A DNA stretch of 64,000 nt from Candidatus Poribacteria bacterium (lineage in GTDB: Bacteria; Poribacteria; WGA-4E; WGA-3G), in the NCBI GenBank assembly GCA_022820835.1, contig JAJEET010000157.1, forward strand, positions 4,315-68,314. Direction: 5' to 3'. This document shows, in pieces, positions 1-8,483 of this stretch. Within the stretch, counting starts at the first letter, position 1. Each line of letters opens with the position of its first letter. The notes under the pieces are model-generated. The model was not told the origin of the DNA, ran no database searches, and saw nothing but the letters and a program-made list of their open reading frames with translations. The translations under genes were made by a program, and so were the position numbers.

Positions 1-202
1 TTGCGGACGTACTGCCACTGGATTCAATTCGCTGCGAACTGTCTTTGGGGCACATCTATAGACGGGTGAAATTTACAGATATCCGCTGATCCTACCTTAG
101 ACGCACTTGGAAGTCCTGTTTCTAACTTTAGGCGTTTTAGGAGACGTTATACAACTGGCAAGTTTTTGCAGATTCCCGATGGTTATTGTTGAAAGGAATG
201 AA

Positions 203-1051
203 ATGGCGAGAGCATTTGCCCCCGGCAACATATCGTGTGTTTTCAAGGTTATTCGGCACACCGATCCGGCGCGTATGCACTCGCTCGGCATGGGTTTCAC
301 TGTTAAAGAAGGTGTAGAGGCTACCGTTTCTGAGTATCATGAGACGGCAGTGCTGTTTAATAGAGAACATATCAACTTTCCGACGGTCTGCGCTGTTGTT
401 AATCGACTCATCCAAAACAGCGGTATCGTCGGTGTGAAGGTAGACCTTAGTTCTCCATTGCCGCTCGGTTGTGGTTTTGGACTCAGTGGTGCCGCATCGC
501 TCGCGACAGCTTACGCGCTCAATGAACTCCTGTCGGCAGACAGAGATAAAGAAGCACTTGCGATGATCGCACACGTCGCAGAGGTTGAAAACCGGACGGG
601 TTTAGGTGATGTCTGTTCACAATACCATGGGGGTTGCCTCGTTAAGCTTAAAGAGGGGTCACCTTTAACCGCTGACAGGCTACCGATTGCTGAACAGCCC
701 ATCTATTACCGTTACTTCGGACCGATTCAGACAAGCGAGGTACTCGGAAACAGAAAACAGACAATGCGTATCAATCACGCTGCGGACGTGGCACTGAACG
801 TCTTGCAAACGCTTACCGAGGCGAAACCGAGTGATGACCTCTTCAATGCATGTTGTGCCGTTTCAAAACAGTTTTCGGTGGAGAGCGGGTTGCTCAGCGA
901 TGCACGGGTCATAGATACAATTGCACGCATTGAAGCAGAAGGCGGCGTGGCATCAATGATTATGTTAGGAAACGGCGTTTTTAGTACGCACCCTTTTGAG
1001 AACTCAGTAGAGACAAAACTCGTTCATAATCCAGCACGTCTTATCTCGTAA
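203..1051 (+). CDS. GHMP-family small-molecule kinase (pantoate-kinase-like)
   Basis: ORF 107..1051. GHMP motif II PLGCGFGLSGAASLATA is present. The N-terminus MARAFAPGNISCVFKV resembles pantoate-kinase-type GHMP kinases. ATG at 203 is preferred over the TTG at 107 used by the ORF track. Confidence 0.6.
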   Translation: MARAFAPGNISCVFKVIRHTDPARMHSLGMGFTVKEGVEATVSEYHETAVLFNREHINFPTVCAVVNRLIQNSGIVGVKVDLSSPLPLGCGFGLSGAASLATAYALNELLSADRDKEALAMIAHVAEVENRTGLGDVCSQYHGGCLVKLKEGSPLTADRLPIAEQPIYYRYFGPIQTSEVLGNRKQTMRINHAADVALNVLQTLTEAKPSDDLFNACCAVSKQFSVESGLLSDARVIDTIARIEAEGGVASMIMLGNGVFSTHPFENSVETKLVHNPARLIS

Positions 1052-1089
1052 GAGCAAGACGATATCGTTCTTCGGTTGAGCAAACAACA

Positions 1090-3015
1090 ATGAGAATCGT
1101 GCTTCTCCTATTACTTTTTTCGGTATCTGTTGTTTTCGGTATAGCGGAAGCTGCAGATGTGAGTTTCGGATTTAATGGTCGTTACAAAACAGGCACGTGG
1201 GCACCATTACGAATCACAGTCCAAGGTTGGGATCGACCAACACCATTTATTGGGGATTTAGTCGTCGATGTCCGAAGTTTTTCTTCAGACGCACCTACTG
1301 AACGGTACACCTCTGAGCTGCATCTCCGCGCCACTAAAGAAAAGCAGAAAAATTTCTATGTTTATTGCCCGAAAAATGCGACACAACTCGTCGTTCAACT
1401 TGTGCCGAGAACATCCTCGAACAACACAGGGTTGGGGAATACGCAGCCGAGTGTGATACAGGAGGTTCCGTTACCGATACCGCTTTCACGTAAAGACTAT
1501 TTCGTATTGGTATTAGCACAAAGCGGTGATAAACTCAAACGATTTATTGACAAAAAACAGTTAGCTAATTCCGATGGCGCGCAGGTATACGTCGAATACC
1601 TTCAGAATTCGACCTTACTGCCACAGGATTGGATAGGCTACAGTGCAGTTGATGTTCTGGTAATCCGTAAGACGGTCTTGACAGAGAGGCGTATTTCTAA
1701 AACACAACAGAAAGCATTATTGGATTGGGTGCAGCGCGGCGGCACGCTCATTCTGTCCGGGGGTAACAACTTTAATGCCCTACAAGACAGTTTCGTGGCA
1801 TCTTTCCTTCCGGTTGAATTGAAAAGTCTAAAGAAAACGGATAGACTCCCGGACACGGTGCATGAACAACTCGGTTTTCAAGCGCGAGATAATAAAGGCA
1901 CTGTATTTGAATACATCCAATTTTCTCCGAAAGCCGGATGTGAAACGTTGATCGGTACAGAAGAACATATCTACGTTGCGAAACGGAAATTTGGAGATGG
2001 ACAGATTATCTGCCTCGCGTTTGATTACAATGCCCCACCATTTTCGGAACAGCAGGTAGGCGAAACATTCTGGCACGGGTTACTCAGTAATTATGGGAAA
2101 TCGGCGCGACACTTTATAGACCGATATGCACTTGTACTCCAACACGAAGAAAAAATTCACGAGGAATTCCTCTCAAATTCTGCCCAAACTGGTGTACATC
2201 AAATACGACTCGTAAAATTGCTGTTTGTTGCCTTACCCATCTACCTACTTAGTTTTGGTGGTTTATTGTTCTATTTTGCGAATTCAAAACAGAAGGCACG
2301 CACCTATTGGATAGGCGGATGTGTATTGGTTCTACTGTCGGTAAGCACAATTACAGTCGCGCGAAATGTATTACCGAACAGCATTACAGCAGATCGGTTG
2401 TCAATTTTATCAGTTTACCCTGAGCGGCAGCGTGCACACTTATCAAGTTATGTCTCCGTTAGGGCAGCAGCGCGGGCTGAAACATCTATCAGCTATACGA
2501 AAGGCAGTTTTATTCGTCATCAGGAAGTTGAAGACTCACGCGTCGAACATCGCCAAACAATACGGACACTCTTTCAGGATTCACAAGTTCAACTACGCGA
2601 GCTGCATGTGGATCCGTGGTATCCGACGACGTATGTGAAGGAAGTATTTTTGGATGTCTCGGAGCTCCCACGTACCCTTGAAAATGCCTGGTATGTTACA
2701 GGTAGAGAGATGACCTACTTAGGAGACGTTGCACTTGATGCCGACCCCGATCTTTCAACTGCATCACTTCAACAGCAAATCACTCCGCAGACACAGATAC
2801 CACCTGATATAGAACTGAACGGCAAGCGGAAATGGTTTGCCCGAATTCTACGGCAGGAATATGTGCTACGTCATCTGGCGGAAGAGGCGGATGCAAGCCT
2901 GCCACCCTATTTGATAGGATGGACTTCACAAGGCTTTACAAATGTGAGCATAGATGGAAACGTGAAGACGGATGATGAAACTTTAGTAATCTTTCGTCCG
3001 ACACCTAGTCTTTAG
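1090..3015 (+). CDS. Secreted/membrane protein of unknown function
   Basis: 641-aa ORF with signal-peptide-like N-terminus MRIVLLLLLFSVSVVFGIAEA. Hydrophobic helices occur mid-protein (LVKLLFVALPIYLLSFGGLLFYF, WIGGCVLVLLSVSTITV). No catalytic motif recognised. Confidence 0.6.
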   Translation: MRIVLLLLLFSVSVVFGIAEAADVSFGFNGRYKTGTWAPLRITVQGWDRPTPFIGDLVVDVRSFSSDAPTERYTSELHLRATKEKQKNFYVYCPKNATQLVVQLVPRTSSNNTGLGNTQPSVIQEVPLPIPLSRKDYFVLVLAQSGDKLKRFIDKKQLANSDGAQVYVEYLQNSTLLPQDWIGYSAVDVLVIRKTVLTERRISKTQQKALLDWVQRGGTLILSGGNNFNALQDSFVASFLPVELKSLKKTDRLPDTVHEQLGFQARDNKGTVFEYIQFSPKAGCETLIGTEEHIYVAKRKFGDGQIICLAFDYNAPPFSEQQVGETFWHGLLSNYGKSARHFIDRYALVLQHEEKIHEEFLSNSAQTGVHQIRLVKLLFVALPIYLLSFGGLLFYFANSKQKARTYWIGGCVLVLLSVSTITVARNVLPNSITADRLSILSVYPERQRAHLSSYVSVRAAARAETSISYTKGSFIRHQEVEDSRVEHRQTIRTLFQDSQVQLRELHVDPWYPTTYVKEVFLDVSELPRTLENAWYVTGREMTYLGDVALDADPDLSTASLQQQITPQTQIPPDIELNGKRKWFARILRQEYVLRHLAEEADASLPPYLIGWTSQGFTNVSIDGNVKTDDETLVIFRPTPSL

Positions 3016-3073
3016 AGAACAGTATAAATCAAAAACAGATGCTCTTTAGGTGGTTTCTACCAAGAGGAAAAAC

Positions 3074-4018
3074 ATGGATGTGCTATCGCTCGGTATTTAT
3101 GTCGTCGATGTGCTTGGACGACCGATAGATCAGTTCCCTGAAAAAGGGAAATTAGCACTCTTTGATGAACTCGAAATCCATACCGGGGGTTGTGCCAATA
3201 ACACAGCACTCGCGCTCGCGCGCTTGGGGATATCTGTCGGTGCAATGGGTAAAATTGGTACTGACACTTTCGGCGATCTGATACTGAAAACGCTTTCAGA
3301 TAACGGTGTTAACGTTACTGGTATGCGTCAGGCCTCCGACGATAGCACCTCATTTACATTTGTCGCGGTCGCCTCCGACGGAGAACGGACTTTTTATCAC
3401 TATATCGGTGCGAATGGGGCGCTCTGTGAAGGAGACCTTGATTGGGAACTCATTAAATCCGCCAAAATATTGCATATCGCCGGTGCACTTGTCATGCCAA
3501 GTTTTGACGGTACACCGATGGCAAACGTCCTCCGAGAAGCGAAGGCACACGGCATAACCACCTCACTCGACACAGTGTACGACGCAACCGGAAAATGGAT
3601 GGAGACCTTAGAGCCATGTTTGCGACACGTAGACATCTTTATGCCAAGTATTGTTGAAGCGCGACATCTCACCGGTTTATCTGAGTGCCATGAAATCGTC
3701 CAATTTTTGCGAAATAACTACGACATTGATACCATTGCCATTAAGATGGGTGAAAACGGTAGTTATGTCTCTACACCAGAAACAGAGCTTTCTGTCCCTG
3801 CTTATCCCGTCAACGTTGTCGATGGAACAGGTGCGGGAGATGCGTATGTCGCCGGTTTTCTTGCCGGTACTATTATGGGTTGGGACCTGAATGCCACTGC
3901 AGAATTGGCATCGGCAACGGGTGCAGCATGTGTCACAGCCATGGGGACCACCGCAGGCATCCAGAATCTTGAAGAGACCCTAAAAATAAAGGAGTTAACA
4001 GTAACCAGTAACCAGTAA
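3074..4018 (+). CDS. PfkB-family carbohydrate kinase
   Basis: PfkB signature DGTGAGDAYVAGFLAG near the C-terminus and a ribokinase-like N-terminus (LGIYVVDVLGRPID, TGGCANNTALAL). ATG at 3074 follows AGAGGA. The last codons and the stop lie inside repeat copy E1. Confidence 0.85.
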   Translation: MDVLSLGIYVVDVLGRPIDQFPEKGKLALFDELEIHTGGCANNTALALARLGISVGAMGKIGTDTFGDLILKTLSDNGVNVTGMRQASDDSTSFTFVAVASDGERTFYHYIGANGALCEGDLDWELIKSAKILHIAGALVMPSFDGTPMANVLREAKAHGITTSLDTVYDATGKWMETLEPCLRHVDIFMPSIVEARHLTGLSECHEIVQFLRNNYDIDTIAIKMGENGSYVSTPETELSVPAYPVNVVDGTGAGDAYVAGFLAGTIMGWDLNATAELASATGAACVTAMGTTAGIQNLEETLKIKELTVTSNQ

Positions 4019-4146
4019 CCAGTTAAGAGGCACTCGGATAAACTTTAACCAAGAACTCGCGCCTATTTTTAAATATCGGAAATCGGGTCCTTGGTTAAAT
4101 TCTCTTTTCTGGTAACTCGTAACTGGAAACTGGTAACTGTTAAAAG
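3999..4146. repeat. Composite inverted heptad-repeat element, copy E1
   Basis: Left arm is CAGTAAC x3 then CAGTTAAGAG. An inner 10-bp-stem hairpin pairs TTTAACCAAG (4044-4053) with CTTGGTTAAA (4090-4099). Right arm is CTCTTTT then CTGGTAA CTCGTAA CTGGAAA CTGGTAA CTGTTAA. Confidence 0.85.
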
Positions 4147-4151
4147 ATTAA

Positions 4152-5102
4152 ATGATCGTTCAAACAGAAAATCTATCCAAATGGTACGGCGAAGTCATGG
4201 GCGTGAATGACGTAACACTGGCAATTTACCCCGGAATAACGGGACTACTGGGTCCAAATGGTGCGGGAAAAACCAGTTTAATCAAACTGATGACGGGACA
4301 ACTCAAACCGAACCAAGGCACCGTCAAAGTGCTAAACCAAGGTGTATGGAACAACCCTGAGTTGACGCGGCGGGTCGGCTACTGCCCCGATATAGAACTC
4401 GCATACCAATTCATGAGCGGACTTGAGTTCGTCACGTTTTTCGCTACGTTAAGTGGATACGACACATCAGAGGCGGAATCCCGAACTCTACAAGCATTGG
4501 AAACGGTGGACATGTTACAGGCAAAGGATAGACCTATCGGGTCTTATAGTAAGGGGATGCGGCAACGTATCAAACTTGCACAAGCGTTAGTGCATGAACC
4601 AGAACTCCTATTTCTTGACGAACCACTCACCGGGTTAGACCCGAACGGCAGGCGACATGTCCTTGCCTTGCTAAAAGACCTCGCCGACAAAGGTATTAGC
4701 ATCATCGTTTCGAGCCATATTCTCTATGAGATTGAAGCACTAACAGAGACAATTCTGCTCATTCATCAAGGACGTATCCTTGCCGAAGGCACCATCTCCG
4801 ACATTCGCGAACTCATTGACGAACATCCACATAAAGTTTACTTGAGTACCGACGAACCGCGTCGTTTAGCGCAGGTCTGCCTCCCTTTTCCGGATATCCT
4901 GAGTGTTACCTTCGTCAACAATGGTGAAGTTGTGGACGAATCAGAAACAGACGCAGCAGGCGATATTATCATCGAAACCGCTAAGCCTGATGCTTTTTAC
5001 GCTCGTCTCCCTGAATTGCTTATCAAAAACGAGTTGAACGTTTCGCAACTCTACTCTCCTGATGACAACCTATCTTCGGTGTTTAAATACTTGGTCGGGT
5101 AG
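4152..5102 (+). CDS. ABC transporter ATP-binding protein (no permease adjacent)
   Basis: Walker A GPNGAGKTS, ABC signature YSKGMRQR, Walker B LLFLDEPLTGLD, H-loop SSHIL. Confidence 0.9.
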   Translation: MIVQTENLSKWYGEVMGVNDVTLAIYPGITGLLGPNGAGKTSLIKLMTGQLKPNQGTVKVLNQGVWNNPELTRRVGYCPDIELAYQFMSGLEFVTFFATLSGYDTSEAESRTLQALETVDMLQAKDRPIGSYSKGMRQRIKLAQALVHEPELLFLDEPLTGLDPNGRRHVLALLKDLADKGISIIVSSHILYEIEALTETILLIHQGRILAEGTISDIRELIDEHPHKVYLSTDEPRRLAQVCLPFPDILSVTFVNNGEVVDESETDAAGDIIIETAKPDAFYARLPELLIKNELNVSQLYSPDDNLSSVFKYLVG

Positions 5103-5255
5103 TTTGCCGTCCGTTCCATCCAGCAGGGACGATTTCCCAACCGCATCCGTTAAGAAAACCCAGTAGCAATTTTGGTTAAAATTGTGACCTATTACACCCT
5201 ATCGTCCATTGATAAGAAATTAATTACTTCCCATCTATCCCTCTGTGAGAATTAA

Positions 5256-5281
5256 GTAACCATCGGCTGCCAACTCGCGTC
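5256..5281 (+). promoter_or_regulatory. Candidate ECF-type promoter (GTAACC-N16-CGTC) upstream of the sigma-WD40 gene
   Basis: GTAACC at 5256-5261, a 16-nt spacer, then CGTC at 5278-5281, about 75 nt upstream of ATG 5356. It resembles the AAC / CGT core of ECF promoters. Pattern match only. Confidence 0.3.
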
Positions 5282-5355
5282 ATTATATATTGATAGCATG
5301 TAAAATACTTCATGCGTTCTCTGTTTAAGCAATTTACTACTTTCTGAGGTCCCTG

Positions 5356-8175
5356 ATGAAAAATAAAGATGTAGAATTAATAAATCGGATTCTGTCAGGT
5401 GATGATACTGCCTTTGCGAGTTTAGTTAAAAAACACGAAAAGCAGGTGCACGCGCTCGCTTGGCGGAAAATAGGTGATTTCCATATCGCTGAAGAGATTA
5501 CGCAGGACACTTTCCTTAAAGTCTATCAGAAACTTTCTACATTGAAAGACCCGAATCAGTTTTCAGGATGGCTCTATGTAATTGCCACCAACCTATGCCG
5601 CGCCTGGATTCGCAAGAAACGTTTGGAAACTGAACCGCTTGAGGATACAGAGATTGCGTCTATAGACGAAACATATTTCCGATATGTTGCAGAAGAGCGG
5701 ACGAAAGTTACAGTAGAAGCACAACGCGAAGTGGTTAAAAAGCTGCTTGCGAAGCTAAAAGAGAGTGAACGCACGGTGATGACGCTCTATTACTTTGGTG
5801 AAATGACGTGTGAAGAAATCAGCCGATTTTTAGGTGTATCTACCAGCGCGATTAAGCTCCGGCTTCACAGAGCTCGGCAACGTCTAAAAAAGGAGGAACC
5901 CATGATCCGAGAAGCACTTAACAATTTCCAATTGTCCCCTAATTTCACCGATAGTATTATGCGAGAAGTTGCACGTATCAAACCGACTGCCCCATCAGGC
6001 GGCAAACCGTTGGCACCGTGGGTGATAGGCGGGGTATCCAGTGCTTTTGTAATCCTGCTAATGCTTGGCATAGGCAACCAATACTTAGCCCGTTTCCAGC
6101 AGCCCTATAGTTTAGATGCCTCTTCTGAAACGGTGGTTGAACTGATTGATGCGCCCATTGTTCAGGATATTCAAGCGAAACCGGATGTCCGAAATCAGTT
6201 CGGAGCGAATTCTGCTGATCGCGGGAGAGGTAACGGTGCTGGACAGGAGTCGAATCAGGTTTTGTCCGATAACGGAAATTACACACAATGGGATTTACCC
6301 CCAGAAGCCGTCGCGCGTCTCGGTAAAGGCGAGATATCTGGTCATCTCACGTATTCACCGGATGGCACACGCTTGGCGGTAACCAGCTACACCGGAATTT
6401 GGATTTATGACGCACAGACGGGTGAAGAATTAGATTTTCTTAAATCTCACGGTTCAGGTGTCGAGTGGCGTACGAACAAAGAAATTGATCTACTCAGAGA
6501 ACAAGGACATTCAGGGCGTGTGATGAGCGTGAGTTTCAGTCCCGATGGAAAAACACTCGCAAGTAGCGGGAACACGATTGTCCTATGGGATGTTCCGACA
6601 GGAAAACAAAAAACAGTTCTTACAGGGCATGAACATCCACACGATGTGTGGAGCGTGAGGAGCGTGAGTTTCAGTCCCGATGGAAAAACACTCGTTAGCG
6701 GTGTCAACGTTATCGGCACTAAGGACAGTACGGTGCGACTGTGGGACGTTGCTACAGGAAAGCAGGTCTCAGAATTTACTGGACACAAGGGCGGTATCTT
6801 TAGTACAAGATTCAGTCCTGTTAACAATAATACACTCATTAGTGGAAGTGAAGAGGATTTGTGGCTATGGAATGTTGCCCTCGAAACATACGAGAAATTC
6901 AATGTAGATGTCATTGCTTTTAAAGTCGAACCTAATGGCGAAAAAGTTTTTGAGGTACCCTATGTTTTTAGCACAGGGTTTAGTCCCGATGGAAAAACAA
7001 TCGCAAGCGGACACAGAGATGGGACAGTCCGGCTATGGGACGTTGCGACAAGAAAACACAAAGCAACTCTCATAGGACATACACATTTTGTGTGGGCGGT
7101 GGCTTTCAGTCCGGATGGAAAAACAATCGCAAGTGGGAGTTGGGACGAAACAGTGCGCCTATGGGATATTGCTACCGGAAAACACAAAGCAACTCTCACA
7201 GGACATACACATAATGTTAAAGGGCTGGCATATTCTGTTGATGGAAGTACAATCGCTAGCAGCAGTTGGAATGAAGTGAGACTGTGGGACGCAACCACAG
7301 GAAAACACAAGGCAACTTTAAAAGAACATCCGGCTCGTCTTTATTCGGTTGCATATTCCTCAGATGGTAGCACCATCGCTAATGGTAGCGCAGATGGCAC
7401 AGTGCATTTATGGGACGTAACGAGAAAAAAACACAAAATAACACTGAAAGGACACACCGCCCCTGTTAGAAGCATAAGTTTTGATCCGAGTGGTGCCATA
7501 CTTGCAAGTGGTGGTGCTGACAATATGATATATCTGTGGGATATTACCACAGGGACAAAGAAAAAAACGCTCAACGGTCATACGAACAGTGTCACGAGTG
7601 TTGCCTTTGATCCGAATGGGGACATACTCGCGAGCGCGAGCGGAGCGGAGGTATGGTTATGGGATGTTGAAACGGGACAACATAAAACGACCCTCACAGC
7701 ACATAGCGATGTGGTCTATAGTGTCCGGTTTAGTCCTGATGGCAAAACAATCGCCACTGGAGGGGCAGACAAATCGGTACGACTTTGGGATGTTAAAACA
7801 GGACTGGAAAAAATAGCACTCACTGAACATTCAACAGCCGTTGGCTCTATAGACTTTAGTCCTGATGGCAAAACAATCGCAAGCACTAACGGATTCGAGT
7901 GGTGGCTTTGGGATATTGAAACAAGACAACTAAAAACAAAAGGGTACCATGGTTCTATCCGAAGTGTGAGATTTAGTCCTGATGGCAAAATACTCGCCAC
8001 CGGAGGGGCAGACCATGTCTTGCGACTGTGGGAGCCAACCACAGGACAATCAAAAGCCATATACCGCGGACATACCGGCAGTGTTGAAAGCGTGAGTTTT
8101 AGTCCGGATGGTAAAACGCTTGCAACTGGAAGTGAAGATGGAACGGTCCTGCTTTGGAGCCTCAAAAAATTTTAA
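5356..8175 (+). CDS. ECF sigma-70 factor fused via one TM helix to a double WD40 beta-propeller
   Basis: aa 1-190 carry sigma region 2 (HALAWRKIGDFHIAEEITQDTFLKVY) and the region 4 HTH (CEEISRFLGVSTSAIKLRLHRARQRL). The TM helix is PWVIGGVSSAFVILLMLGIG (about nt 6007-6070). About 14 blades follow with the recurring FSPDGKT...LWD pattern. SD GAGGT lies 6 nt upstream. Confidence 0.85.
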   Translation: MKNKDVELINRILSGDDTAFASLVKKHEKQVHALAWRKIGDFHIAEEITQDTFLKVYQKLSTLKDPNQFSGWLYVIATNLCRAWIRKKRLETEPLEDTEIASIDETYFRYVAEERTKVTVEAQREVVKKLLAKLKESERTVMTLYYFGEMTCEEISRFLGVSTSAIKLRLHRARQRLKKEEPMIREALNNFQLSPNFTDSIMREVARIKPTAPSGGKPLAPWVIGGVSSAFVILLMLGIGNQYLARFQQPYSLDASSETVVELIDAPIVQDIQAKPDVRNQFGANSADRGRGNGAGQESNQVLSDNGNYTQWDLPPEAVARLGKGEISGHLTYSPDGTRLAVTSYTGIWIYDAQTGEELDFLKSHGSGVEWRTNKEIDLLREQGHSGRVMSVSFSPDGKTLASSGNTIVLWDVPTGKQKTVLTGHEHPHDVWSVRSVSFSPDGKTLVSGVNVIGTKDSTVRLWDVATGKQVSEFTGHKGGIFSTRFSPVNNNTLISGSEEDLWLWNVALETYEKFNVDVIAFKVEPNGEKVFEVPYVFSTGFSPDGKTIASGHRDGTVRLWDVATRKHKATLIGHTHFVWAVAFSPDGKTIASGSWDETVRLWDIATGKHKATLTGHTHNVKGLAYSVDGSTIASSSWNEVRLWDATTGKHKATLKEHPARLYSVAYSSDGSTIANGSADGTVHLWDVTRKKHKITLKGHTAPVRSISFDPSGAILASGGADNMIYLWDITTGTKKKTLNGHTNSVTSVAFDPNGDILASASGAEVWLWDVETGQHKTTLTAHSDVVYSVRFSPDGKTIATGGADKSVRLWDVKTGLEKIALTEHSTAVGSIDFSPDGKTIASTNGFEWWLWDIETRQLKTKGYHGSIRSVRFSPDGKILATGGADHVLRLWEPTTGQSKAIYRGHTGSVESVSFSPDGKTLATGSEDGTVLLWSLKKF

Positions 8176-8300
8176 TTCAAGCTTCTTTGTTAATGCCCCA
8201 TATTGTCCAATTTGAAATAAGGATTGCCCATTTTTGTGCAGGTTAGAACCCTGGCATTCAGAAACCTGACACAAGCAGCGATTTCAGACATCAGCATATA

Positions 8301-8346
8301 AATGCCGAGCGTGTTCAAATCATGAACAATTCTCGGCATTTTTTAT
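8301..8346 (+). terminator. Rho-independent terminator after the sigma-WD40 gene
   Basis: AATGCCGAG (8301-8309) pairs with CTCGGCATT (8332-8340). An inner TGTTCA/TGAACA stem is present. The hairpin is followed by a T-run (TTTTTTA). Confidence 0.75.
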
Positions 8347-8483
8347 GAAATAGTCGCCCATTGCGTGCGTGGAAGGCAATGCAGAGTGATGCCATCGGCG
8401 TTTACTTATAATTGGCATCATATTTGCTATGATGCTAACAGAGGATTTGCTGTCAGAAATCGAGTCAGACAGGAGGGGAACCT

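Noticed and set aside
107-202. TTG start at 107 for the GHMP kinase.
   Set aside because: The first 32 residues are hydrophobic and Cys-rich with no homology logic. ATG 203 gives the conserved N-terminus.
4152-5102. ABC ATPase without an adjacent permease, considered as a sign of a novel system.
   Set aside because: Orphan ABC ATPase genes are common, and the permease may be encoded elsewhere. Nothing in the sequence suggests a special role.
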